Assembly (NCBI GenBank): GCA_029856145.1
Contig: JAHQWK010000004.1
Span: forward strand, 180,641-244,640
Source of the DNA: Promethearchaeia archaeon
Lineage (GTDB): Archaea; Asgardarchaeota; Lokiarchaeia; Sigyniarchaeales; SOKP01
Direction: 5' to 3'
Length of the DNA stretch: 64,000 nucleotides
Made by a program: the position numbers and the translations under genes. A model generated the notes under the pieces. The model saw nothing but the letters and a program-made list of their open reading frames with translations, did no database searches and had not been told where the DNA came from. This document shows, piece after piece, positions 20,800 to 30,590 of the stretch (position 1 is the stretch's first letter; each line of letters opens with the position of its first letter).

Positions 20800-21993
20800 A
20801 TGAAATTAACATCAGAAGAACAGGACACGCTGGATGGCAAGCACGGTAAAGCTGCCCAAAAATCAATGGAAATTTTAACCACATTGGGCGAAATATTTGA
20901 TGCTGAATGCATGATCGATGTATATGGCGTTCAGATAGCTGGAGTATCGTACGCCAATCTAGGGGAAGCAGGTTTGGAATTCTTAAGCGAAATGGCAGAA
21001 GATGGAAAAGTTAGAGTTTTAGCGACATTAAATCCAGCAGGAATGGATCGTGAAAATTGGCAAGCTTTAGGAATAGATGAAGAATTTGCTAAAAATCAGA
21101 ATCGAGCAATTGATGCATTTGCCAAAATGGGTATAATTACAACATGCTCTTGTACCCCATATTTAATTGGAAATGCTCCACACTACGGTCAACATCTTGC
21201 ATGGGCTGAAAGTAGTGCTGTATGTTATGCAAACTCAGTTATAGGTGCTAGAACTAACCGTGAGGGTGGTCCAAGTGCTTTAGCTTCAGCTATAACCGGA
21301 AAAACGCCAAAATATGGTTATCATTTAGATGAACATCGTCATGGAGAGGTATTAGTTAAAATAAATGCTCCAATTAAAGGTACTGATGGATTTGGTGTTT
21401 TGGGAAAAATAATTGGGGATAAATTAGTCGAGTTAGGAAAGAAAATTCCTTATATAACAGGAATTCCTTCTGCTACAGTTGAAGAACTCAAATCTTTTTG
21501 TGCATCAGTTGCGACTTACGGTGGAACAGCTTTATTCCATATGAAAGGTATAACTCCAGAATATAATAATTATCAGAAACCTAGTGATATTGTTTTTGAA
21601 ATTAATCAAGATGACTTAGATAGAACGCGATTGGAACTTATTGATGATGATATTGAGATAGATTTTGTTAGTATAGGGTGCCCTCATGCTTCAATTCACG
21701 AAATTGCAAAGATTGCGAGCTTATTGAAGGGAAAGAAAGTAAAAAAAGAATTTTGGATCACGACTGCTCGACCTACAAAAAGAATTGCTGATGAAGCGGG
21801 TTATTCTAAAATAATTGAAAATGCAGGAGCGAAATTTGCAGCAGATACTTGTTGTGTTGTTGCTCCAATTAAAGAACGTTTTAAAGGAATTATGGTAGAT
21901 TCAGCAAAAGCTTGTTATTATGGTCGTGCAAAGAACAAATTTAAAGTAAAAATTGGTTCAGTTGAAGAATGTGTTGAGGAGGCAATAAAATGA
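20800..21993 (+). CDS. Phosphomevalonate dehydratase large subunit (aconitase X)
   Basis: GVSY, CSCTPY, ESSAVCYANSVIGARTNREG, GCPH, DTC. Confidence 0.9.
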   Translation: MKLTSEEQDTLDGKHGKAAQKSMEILTTLGEIFDAECMIDVYGVQIAGVSYANLGEAGLEFLSEMAEDGKVRVLATLNPAGMDRENWQALGIDEEFAKNQNRAIDAFAKMGIITTCSCTPYLIGNAPHYGQHLAWAESSAVCYANSVIGARTNREGGPSALASAITGKTPKYGYHLDEHRHGEVLVKINAPIKGTDGFGVLGKIIGDKLVELGKKIPYITGIPSATVEELKSFCASVATYGGTALFHMKGITPEYNNYQKPSDIVFEINQDDLDRTRLELIDDDIEIDFVSIGCPHASIHEIAKIASLLKGKKVKKEFWITTARPTKRIADEAGYSKIIENAGAKFAADTCCVVAPIKERFKGIMVDSAKACYYGRAKNKFKVKIGSVEECVEEAIK

Positions 21994-22379
21994 AATTAGC
22001 TGGTAGAAAAATCTTTAAAGGTACTGCTGAGGCAGAAGCAATTGTTACACAAGATGGAATTTCTTTTTATGGTGGTATTGACCCTGATACAGGAAAAGTA
22101 GTTGAAGTTGGCCATGAGCTTGAAGGACAATCGATATCAGGAAAAGTGTTGGTTTTTCCAACCGGTAAAGGATCAACAGTGGGATCTTATACCATGTATA
22201 GAATGAAAAAGAATAACACTGCTCCTGTTGCAATCGTTAATAAAGAAATCGATACAATTGTTGCAGTAGGGTGTATAATCAGCGAAATTCCTTGTGTGGA
22301 TAAAATTGATATAAGTAATATCAAAACAGGACAAAAAATTATTGTTAATGGTTCTGAAGGAACTGTGGAGGTAAAATAA
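21990..22379 (+). CDS. Phosphomevalonate dehydratase small subunit (DUF126 swivel domain)
   Basis: ISFYGGIDPDTG, GKGSTVGSY. Confidence 0.9.
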   Translation: MKLAGRKIFKGTAEAEAIVTQDGISFYGGIDPDTGKVVEVGHELEGQSISGKVLVFPTGKGSTVGSYTMYRMKKNNTAPVAIVNKEIDTIVAVGCIISEIPCVDKIDISNIKTGQKIIVNGSEGTVEVK

Positions 22380-23346
22380 ATGGGAGTCGGAAAAGGATAT
22401 GGAAAGACCATACTTTTTGGTGAAATTATTTTCCTATTTCAGGAATAAACACTATCATTTTGTTGTGTATGGTCTTCCAGCAATCGCATCAGCTTTAGGA
22501 TCCTCTACGACTGCTGAAGTTAAAGTAGTCAAGGGTAATGGTTGGACAGTTAATGATCAAAGACTTGCAACACCAGGTTACAAAAAGAAGAAATTCAATG
22601 AGGCAATACAATCAATTAAAAATGTAATTGAACATTTGAGAGTGGATACCGAGAATAAAAAACTTGAAATAAAATTTGCGGGGGATCTGATTGCCGCTAG
22701 CGGAGTAGGTGCTTCAGCTGCTCAATGTACATCACTTTCCCGAGCTTTAAATGACACGTTTAATCTCAAATTAACTGAAAAAAAGATAAATGAGGCAGCT
22801 TATGAAGGAGAGAAAGCCTATCATGGTACTCCTTCAGGTATTGATAACACAGCCTCTACTTATGGTGGTTTAATTTGGTTTGTTAAAAACTTGAGAGGGG
22901 GGGAAAATACGATGGAACTTCTACAGTCACCAAAGAAAATGCCCTTAGTAATAATAAATTCAGGAATAACAGCTTCTACAACAGAAGTAGTAGCTGATGT
23001 TCGACGTTTAAAAGAGGAATCTCCTTTAAAATTTGAAAAAATCTTTAATAATTATGAAAAATTAGCATTAGCAGCAAAAAAAGCCTTACTTGAAGGAAAT
23101 ATTAACACTGTTGGTGACCTAATGAATCAAAACCACAAATTACTACAAGATATAACGGTATCTGGAGAGATTAATGATAAATTAGTCGAAATCTCCTTAC
23201 GAAATGGGGCTAAAGGTGCTAAAATGACAGGAACAGGGCGAGGTGGTTTGGTCATAGCATTAGCTGAAAATGAAGAAATTCAAGATGAAATCGCCAAAAC
23301 TATTGAAAAAAAAGGATATAATGCCTGGAAAACCATGATTGGATGA
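22380..23346 (+). CDS. mvk: Mevalonate kinase split by a 31-nt intron; 311 aa spliced
   Basis: Exon 1 MGVGKGYGKTILFGE starts immediately after the upstream stop; exon 2 HFVVYG...GVGASAA, HGTPSGIDN, KMTGTGRGG. Confidence 0.93.
22425..22455 (+). other. Putative bulge-helix-bulge mRNA intron in mvk (31 nt)
   Basis: ATTATTTTCCTATTTCAGGAATAAACACTAT; central helix GGTG/CACT with 3-nt bulges; removal gives GGT GAA CAT TTT (GEHF). Confidence 0.9.
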
Positions 23347-25252
23347 GTGGGAGTTAAAATTGAAAAGTGATAATGAGATATTTCTATTAAAGTTAGGAGG
23401 TAGTTTATTAACTGATAAGAATAAACCTTTTTCTCTTAGAGAAGAGGTTTTAGAGAACTGTCTTAATCAAATTATTGAAAGTAAAAAATCAATTATTTTA
23501 ATTCATGGAGGCGGATCATTTGGGCATCCAATTGCTAAAAAATATCAAATTTCTGAAGGACTAAATGATACTGTCAAGGATCAAATAATTGGACTTTCAA
23601 AAACCCATGAGGTTATGAATAAATTTAATTCTATAATAATAAACAAATTATTAGATAAAGGATATCCCGCAATTTCGATTCAGCCTTCTAGTATTTTTGT
23701 AAAAGATTTTAATCAAATAAAAATAAATACAATAGAACCTATTGAAAAATTACTTGAACTTGGAATAATCCCGGTTTTATATGGTGATATTGTTTTAAGT
23801 TGGGATTCTTATTTTTCAATTCTTTCAGGAGATCAAATTATTTTAAAACTATGTGAAAAAATTCAAAATTTTAAGATTTCAAAAGTCATATTTGCAATTG
23901 AAAAGGATGGTATCTTCATAAAAGACAATGGAAACGAAAAACTGGCTTTAAAATTAAGTTCCAACGATTTAAATAATCTAAAATTGGCTGAATTAGATCA
24001 AAAAATAGATGTTACTGGGGGGATAAAAGGTAAACTAGAAACAATTAAAGAAATAATAAAATTTAATATCCCTGTTCAAATTGTTAATGGGCTTAAGAAT
24101 AAAAATATTCTAAAGGCATTACTTAATCAATCTATAGAATGTACTAATATTAAAGTGCCATCTGATAAAAGATTTGAAAATAAATTATATAATAGGAAGA
24201 TAGAACACATAGAAATCCCTTTAAAGTATAATGTGCAACATTCAAAGAACTATTTTGATGATATAAATCTACTTCATCATCCCCTACCGGAGTATGAATT
24301 AGAGGATATTGATCTTTCTGTTGATTTTTTTAAAAAAGAAATTTCAGCTCCTATATGTATTGCAGCAATTACAGGTGGCCATGAAATTTCTAAAGCAATT
24401 AATAATATCTTAGCAAATGCTGCAAGTTCAGAAAATATTATTATGAGTGTTGGATCTCAAAGAATAGGCTTGGAGGATCCTTCCACCATTGATTCATTTA
24501 AAGTTGTACGTGATGTTGCCCCTAATATTCCAATAATAGGAAATTTGGGAGTTGGACAGTTATGTGATCCTAATTTTAATTTAGATCATTTTAATAAATG
24601 CATTGAGATGATTAATGCTGATGTTATGGCTATACATTTGAACGCTTTACATGAACTTACTCAAAGTGATGGTAATCTTTCTTATAAAAATTTTGAAGAA
24701 ATATTTAAAGAAATAAGAAAAAATCTGAAAATTCCAATTATAGCTAAAGAAGTGGGATCAGGGTTTAATAAGGAATTAGCGTTAAAACTCGATTCATTAG
24801 GAATTGATGGATTTGACGTTGGAGGAATGGGGGGTACTAGTTTTGCTGCAATAGAGTCAATACGCGATGATTCTAGCTATGAAGTATATACTCGAAAGAT
24901 TGCAGACACTTTTCGAGAATGGGGCATTCCAACACCCGTAAGTATAATCAATGTTAGAAAAGCCACTAAAAAACTTATAATAGCAACAGGAGGCTTAAGA
25001 AATGGTCTAGATATAGCCAAAGCAATCTCAATTGGAGCAAATATCGGGGGATTTGCATTTAAGTTTTTAAAAACAGCATGGCAAGATTATAAAAATAATA
25101 CTTTGTCAAATACAATCAAGGAGATAAAAACGCTGAAACAAGAATTAAGATCCTCACTATGGTTAATGAATATAGATAATATTGATAAGCTAATAGGTAA
25201 TGACGATAAAAGGGTTTTATTGGGCAAATTATATCAATGGATAAATCAATGA
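23339..25252 (+). CDS. fni: Fusion of isopentenyl phosphate kinase and type 2 IPP isomerase
   Basis: KLGGSLLTDK, HGGGSFGH, DVTGG; then RKIEH, GSQR, HLN, KEVGSG, GGTS, WGIPT. Confidence 0.92.
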   Translation: MDEWELKLKSDNEIFLLKLGGSLLTDKNKPFSLREEVLENCLNQIIESKKSIILIHGGGSFGHPIAKKYQISEGLNDTVKDQIIGLSKTHEVMNKFNSIIINKLLDKGYPAISIQPSSIFVKDFNQIKINTIEPIEKLLELGIIPVLYGDIVLSWDSYFSILSGDQIILKLCEKIQNFKISKVIFAIEKDGIFIKDNGNEKLALKLSSNDLNNLKLAELDQKIDVTGGIKGKLETIKEIIKFNIPVQIVNGLKNKNILKALLNQSIECTNIKVPSDKRFENKLYNRKIEHIEIPLKYNVQHSKNYFDDINLLHHPLPEYELEDIDLSVDFFKKEISAPICIAAITGGHEISKAINNILANAASSENIIMSVGSQRIGLEDPSTIDSFKVVRDVAPNIPIIGNLGVGQLCDPNFNLDHFNKCIEMINADVMAIHLNALHELTQSDGNLSYKNFEEIFKEIRKNLKIPIIAKEVGSGFNKELALKLDSLGIDGFDVGGMGGTSFAAIESIRDDSSYEVYTRKIADTFREWGIPTPVSIINVRKATKKLIIATGGLRNGLDIAKAISIGANIGGFAFKFLKTAWQDYKNNTLSNTIKEIKTLKQELRSSLWLMNIDNIDKLIGNDDKRVLLGKLYQWINQ

Positions 25253-25275
25253 GATTTCTACAAAAGATGCAATTT

Positions 25276-25497
25276 TTAATATCTTGTATCAAAAATTTTA
25301 TTCACTAGCTGGTAGCCTCTATTATTTTCATCCGAAAAGATACATCTATGCCTAATATCATTCTTTTTTTGGGAATATTTCATACATCCCCAACATTGTA
25401 CTTTAGCAAAACTGAACTTCTTTTTTTTATTTTGTTCTCTTACCTCTTCGCATATCTTTAATGCAATTTCTTCTGGAATAAGGTCCTTTTCTTTCAT
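25276..25497 (-). CDS. Small Cys-containing hypothetical protein
   Basis: 73 aa; C..QCWGC..RC pattern. Confidence 0.6.
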   Translation of the reverse strand: MKEKDLIPEEIALKICEEVREQNKKKKFSFAKVQCWGCMKYSQKKNDIRHRCIFSDENNRGYQLVNKIFDTRY

Positions 25498-25623
25498 ATT
25501 CTTTCACGATGTATTATTTAAGATAGAATTTACCTATTTAAGATAGACTTATATTTATAATTATTAAAATCATCAATAGACCAAATATTGAATATTAATC
25601 CAAATTGGACTTTTTTCCTTTCG

Positions 25624-26010
25624 CTAAAGATTTTTTTCTTCCAATGAAGTTTCAATTTCATTAATAAAATCATAAAAAGCACCTATTTTTCCCTTAAAGC
25701 TTTTTACTTCTTCATTGTAAAGTTTTAAGAATTTATTTGATATCTTTTCTAATTCTTTATTTACTTTTTTCTGATTGTATTTTTTTGATGATGTCGCAAC
25801 GAGTATTAGGTTCATCTTCTTTATTATAGTGAATCTCGTATCTTTTAAATCGAAATTTGATAAACCTCCTTCAGTTAATTGTTCAGCAAACATATTTAGT
25901 GCGCTCAACATTGCCCCAAAAAGTTGAGGAGAAACCACATTATCAAACTCTCTATGAAAAATCACTATCCCTGATTTTTCCAAAATCCAAATATCTTGGA
26001 GTATTTTCAA
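25624..26010 (-). CDS. Stand-alone longin-like domain protein
   Basis: IWILEKSGIVIFHR..PQLFGAMLSALNMFAEQL; TTG start after GAGGAG. Confidence 0.75.
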   Translation of the reverse strand: MKILQDIWILEKSGIVIFHREFDNVVSPQLFGAMLSALNMFAEQLTEGGLSNFDLKDTRFTIIKKMNLILVATSSKKYNQKKVNKELEKISNKFLKLYNEEVKSFKGKIGAFYDFINEIETSLEEKNL

Positions 26011-26171
26011 TTAGACTCCTCGTTAAATCTCTATTAATTTATTAAAGTCAATAAAATCATACAAAAGTATAGTCTTTTATAAACTATCCTTTTTCATATA
26101 TTATGAAATAAATATGTTTTTAATCTATTTTTAAGTTTTTGAAGCTTTCATTTATTAATTTCTAAACAACA

Positions 26172-26558
26172 TTAAACAAGATTATATTTTTTAATATGTT
26201 CAAAAATCTCATTAAAATAAGACAAGTCAAAAGGTTTTTTCAAATATCCCTCTGCTTTTGTTTCAAGCGCTTTTACTGCAACCTCTGCCTCAGTAACTCC
26301 GGTAAAATAGTATACAAGTACTTTATTGAATTTCTCTGTTGATTTAAGCATTTTACAAAAATCATATCCATTCGAACCCGGTAAATTCACATCTAAGAAT
26401 ATTAATTTAGGTAAGCAAGTATCTAATACTTCCATTGCTAAAGAGATATTTTCAACAGCTCTACATGTATAGCCTTTTGATTCTAAAATTTCTGTTAATA
26501 GCATTTTTATATATTTGCTATCATCTATAATTAGAATCTCATATTGAAGATCCTCCAT
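26172..26558 (-). CDS. Single-domain response regulator
   Basis: ILIIDDS, FLDVNLPGSNG, FTG, KPF. Confidence 0.9.
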   Translation of the reverse strand: MEDLQYEILIIDDSKYIKMLLTEILESKGYTCRAVENISLAMEVLDTCLPKLIFLDVNLPGSNGYDFCKMLKSTEKFNKVLVYYFTGVTEAEVAVKALETKAEGYLKKPFDLSYFNEIFEHIKKYNLV

Positions 26559-26723
26559 TCCATATCAACTGTCAAATTTTTATCTTCATTATTTGAATAA
26601 TAAAATTATCTTTCTTACATATCTTCAACAAAGAAAGATTTATTTAAAGTTGAGTTTTTAGATAAAACTGTGTAACAATATCATAAAATCACTAAAAGGG
26701 GATAATTTACACACAAATCTTTT

Positions 26724-27791
26724 TTAGAATTTTCTCTCTCTCACAAAATTTAATAAATCTTCATAGAATTCCATTTCAGATTGTTTAGTCTCACTTTTTA
26801 ACCTATTTAAAGATAATCTTGCTTCTTGAAAATACGAATTTGCTAAAGCTTTGCATGATTTAATGACATCTGCTTTAAGAAACAAATCTTTAACACTTTG
26901 AACATCTTTATTCGTCATATCTGGCTTTTCTATTAATTCCTCAAGTTTAATCTTTTCCCTATCCTCTAATTTATTCAAAGCATCAATCAGTAGACAAGTT
27001 TTCTTACCCTCTCTGATATCTCCATCTATTGGTTTACCAGTTACTTTTTCATCACCAAATGTTCCTAAGATATCATCAATTATCTGGAAAATAATACCAA
27101 GATTTATACCATAAATCGAAAGATTCTTTAATATCTTCTCATTAACTTTCGCATAAGTTGCACCAATTAAAATTGATTTTTCCAATAATGCTCCAGTTTT
27201 AAGTGAAATCATCCTAATATAATCTGAAATTGTAAGATCTTTCTGGTTCACCATATCAGTTTCAATTAGTACACCATTAGCAATATCAATAAATCCTTGT
27301 TCATAATATTTAATGGCATTTAAATTCAAATCATTATTAAAATTGTTAAAAAGATAAGCTTCTAATCCTAAAAAAAAAGCTGAATCCCCTCCAATAATTC
27401 CTATTGAATTACCAAAATCAATATCGTTCATTTTCTTCAAATTGTATCGTTGATGATAATTGCGGAATCTAAAGTGAAATGCAGGTTTTCCCCTTCTAAA
27501 ATTATCTTTATCGATAATGTCGTCATGGATCAATGAGGCATTATGAAGGAATTCCACCCCAACACTTGGTAAAACAATTTTTTCATCTATTTTCTCATTA
27601 AAAGCATTAAAGCTAGCAATACATAATAATGGCCTGATTCTCTTTCCACCTGATAGAAAGTAATCCTTTAATTCTGAGTAGTAATCCTTTAAAAATGGGT
27701 TTTTTTTACTATTCAGTTTCCTATCATAGATCGATTTTATCGCGTTATTTATCTTAGGAATATATTTCTTTGAGTATTCGATAAATTTCAT
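26724..27791 (-). CDS. Polyprenyl (geranylgeranyl) diphosphate synthase
   Basis: GGKRIRP, HDDIID..RRG, KTG, FQIIDDILG, GK..D. Confidence 0.93.
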   Translation of the reverse strand: MKFIEYSKKYIPKINNAIKSIYDRKLNSKKNPFLKDYYSELKDYFLSGGKRIRPLLCIASFNAFNEKIDEKIVLPSVGVEFLHNASLIHDDIIDKDNFRRGKPAFHFRFRNYHQRYNLKKMNDIDFGNSIGIIGGDSAFFLGLEAYLFNNFNNDLNLNAIKYYEQGFIDIANGVLIETDMVNQKDLTISDYIRMISLKTGALLEKSILIGATYAKVNEKILKNLSIYGINLGIIFQIIDDILGTFGDEKVTGKPIDGDIREGKKTCLLIDALNKLEDREKIKLEELIEKPDMTNKDVQSVKDLFLKADVIKSCKALANSYFQEARLSLNRLKSETKQSEMEFYEDLLNFVRERKF

Positions 27792-27951
27792 TGAGTATCA
27801 CGATTTTTTTATTAATACTGTATTTTATAGTCAGTATACTACATTTAATTTGCTAAAATAAAAGGAATTTCAGATTTTCAATACTCTTAACCATTAGAGA
27901 AAAAATTAAGATCTAATTTTTCATTAATTTGAAGTTTTAAATTTAATTAAA

Positions 27952-28869
27952 TCACCAAATTAATTCAAAAACAATTTTAAATGTAGCTATTATATGAGGT
28001 TGTAATGTAATTTCGAGCTTATTTTGTGCATAATTATTAACTTTTGCTTTAATATCATTTTTTGGTTTTTCTTCAAGAAAGTTTACAATTATAACATTTT
28101 TAATAGATATTTTCTCGTAAAATGTTAAAATCGCTTTTTGAGGAATAGAAGATATATTATAAAATCTTATAATAAGAGAATCTCCTTCTTCAGCTTGTTT
28201 TAATGCACTTAAAACGACACTTTTATTATCAATTTCAAGAAATCTAAAAATCGGTGGAAGGTAAGATTCAAATTGGTTCTTATTAGGTTTAAAAAGATAG
28301 GATAACACTCCAGTTGGCTTTAATACAACTTTATTTGACATTCTAAAGGGACTTTGAGCCATTGCTGGAAAGATTGGTTTAAGCGGATTGTTAAATTCCT
28401 TTCCTTTAAGGTGTACTTCTGAATCTAACCAGTTTGATTCTGATGAAGTAACTACTGCTAATTCAAATGAATATTTGCTGAGACATTGCGCACCTGGAGT
28501 ACTAAAACCTGGACCTGCATGAGACATTCTAGACGCAAAATCATCACGGGATAGCCACTCAATACATCGTAAAAGAGTTATTACAAATGTAATTGTATTA
28601 TCCTCATTTATTTTAGCTTCATATTCTGGCAAGCCCTTATTTAATACTGCAAAAGTGCTTGAATCATTACTAATGGAGACTTCTAAATTATCCTCTAAAG
28701 GAATGGTTTGGCCATCTAATACAAAATTACTATATTCAGGATCAGTTTTTAGAATATCCAATAATTTATCCATCATAATTACAAGCCTAGCTCGAAATTC
28801 TTGAAAAGTGAGATACCACTCTCTATCCCAATGAGTTTCTGGAACGATTATGATATTATTTGCTTTCAT
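27952..28869 (-). pseudogene. GH38 alpha-mannosidase with a large in-frame internal deletion
   Basis: THWDREWY..LDGQT..LED joined at about residue 64 to the C-terminal NKGLPEYE..TLLR..PGAQ and ALKQAE..IIRFYN domains. Confidence 0.75.
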
Positions 28870-28950
28870 TCTTATTGTACTCGAAAATAATTTGTTCTTT
28901 TCTTTATTAATAATTATTTAATTTACTTCTATAAGAATTTAAAATCTCAA

Positions 28951-30477
28951 TTAATTGGCATCTAATATAGATTTACCAATTACACTTGTGTTTGGTTTTA
29001 TTCCTAATAAATCCAATAAAGTTGGAACCATATCTGTTGTTTTACAATATGATAATTCTTTTGATGGAATTTCTAGAGAACCACCAATAATAAAAGGGAC
29101 AATCATCGACTCTCTTAGTCCATTATCATGAGAGTATGGTGAATCACCAACTGTTTTTCCATGTTCATAGTTGAAGTAATAATCACCTAAAGTCGAGACT
29201 ATAATATCACAAGATCGAGGATTTTTGAAATAACGTGGAATTTGATCAACTATCATTGGAAAATTAATCTGATTTGTAGCTTCTAACCATTCATCTATGG
29301 TATGAAATTTATTATCAAGAATCCTGGCTGACTTCTCAATCTCGCTGTATTTATAAAAATCATCTCCATCAAAAGTAAATCTTGTTTTTTGTTCTTTACC
29401 AAAACCCTGGTATTCTATCATTCCATTCATTCTTTTTTCAGAGCTCTTTTCTCGATATTCAATGTGAATTATTCCCTTTTCTGGCTTATTATTATCTTCT
29501 CTATAATACATATATTTAACACCTGGAATTTCCCAAAGAGTATCAATAAGGTTCAATTCATGCTTTCCAACACCATTAGGTTTGAATTTTTGCATCTGTT
29601 GAATCGAGGGATGATGATGCCAAGTATCTCCTGGAAAATTAAAAAAGCCAACTGAACCAAAATTGCAATCAAAATCTCCGATCCCTTTCTCAGGAACGTA
29701 TGGTTTTAACCCTTTTTTTTGAAAAAATGGTTCGAGGTCAAATAATTTTTTTGCTTTAAAATTACCATGGTCAGAAATTATCCCAATTGCCGTACTATCA
29801 TAATATCCCGTTTTTTTTAAAGTATTCATTAAAAACCCTAGATATTTATCACACTCAATTATTAGGTTGATATAATCTTGATGGTCAAAACCTTTTTTAT
29901 GCATAATTTCATCTGTATGAGGGACATAACCTACAGTTATTAACGGAACTTCTTTATTTGCATAATAATTCCCAGGATTTTGAAAAACGTCAGAAATATT
30001 TTTAAAAATAGGCTCCACATCAAAAAAATTTTCTGCAAGTACAAAATAAGCTCCACGATATAAAAAACATGTAGAACTCAACATGTTTCCTTCAGGTGGT
30101 TGTTCAAAAATAGTTTTGACATTTTTTCCAATATCTTTATTTACTTTAAGTACATATTTCCTATCTCCATAATTTCGAATGAAGGGAAACTTTTTACTCG
30201 TTGATGGAGGGTCCATTCTATTAACCCAATGATACATTGGAATTCCACTTCCTTCCTTAGGAAAATACCCTGAATAAGCACCTGTTACAATGTTTCCATA
30301 ACAAGGAAATGTAATGGCAGGATAAGATGTAACACAATTAAAACATTTAATCCCATCTTCAGCAATTTTTGCTATATTTGGAAGCCTTCCTTCCTTCATC
30401 AAGTTAAATAAATGCTCAGCGCGAACATCATCAAGGATGATTAATATAACTTGATTAACTTTATTGCTTCGACTCAT
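28951..30477 (-). CDS. Alkaline phosphatase superfamily (nucleotide pyrophosphatase/phosphodiesterase-like)
   Basis: LIILDDVR, PAITFP, TDEIMH, ISDHG, SH, VPFII. Confidence 0.85.
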   Translation of the reverse strand: MSRSNKVNQVILIILDDVRAEHLFNLMKEGRLPNIAKIAEDGIKCFNCVTSYPAITFPCYGNIVTGAYSGYFPKEGSGIPMYHWVNRMDPPSTSKKFPFIRNYGDRKYVLKVNKDIGKNVKTIFEQPPEGNMLSSTCFLYRGAYFVLAENFFDVEPIFKNISDVFQNPGNYYANKEVPLITVGYVPHTDEIMHKKGFDHQDYINLIIECDKYLGFLMNTLKKTGYYDSTAIGIISDHGNFKAKKLFDLEPFFQKKGLKPYVPEKGIGDFDCNFGSVGFFNFPGDTWHHHPSIQQMQKFKPNGVGKHELNLIDTLWEIPGVKYMYYREDNNKPEKGIIHIEYREKSSEKRMNGMIEYQGFGKEQKTRFTFDGDDFYKYSEIEKSARILDNKFHTIDEWLEATNQINFPMIVDQIPRYFKNPRSCDIIVSTLGDYYFNYEHGKTVGDSPYSHDNGLRESMIVPFIIGGSLEIPSKELSYCKTTDMVPTLLDLLGIKPNTSVIGKSILDAN

Positions 30478-30590
30478 CTTAATCTAAAATTTGATAATAA
30501 TTTATATAAATTTAAAATAAAATATTGTTGTATAGAATTTGAATTTTTAATTATTAAATATTAACAAGAAATAATAAGAAAAACAATAAA

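Noticed and set aside
22399-22455. ORF-track N-terminus MERPYFLVKLFSYFRNKHY for mevalonate kinase
   Set aside because: It lacks the GK.IL.GE motif, which is encoded in another frame from 22380; an intron explains the layout
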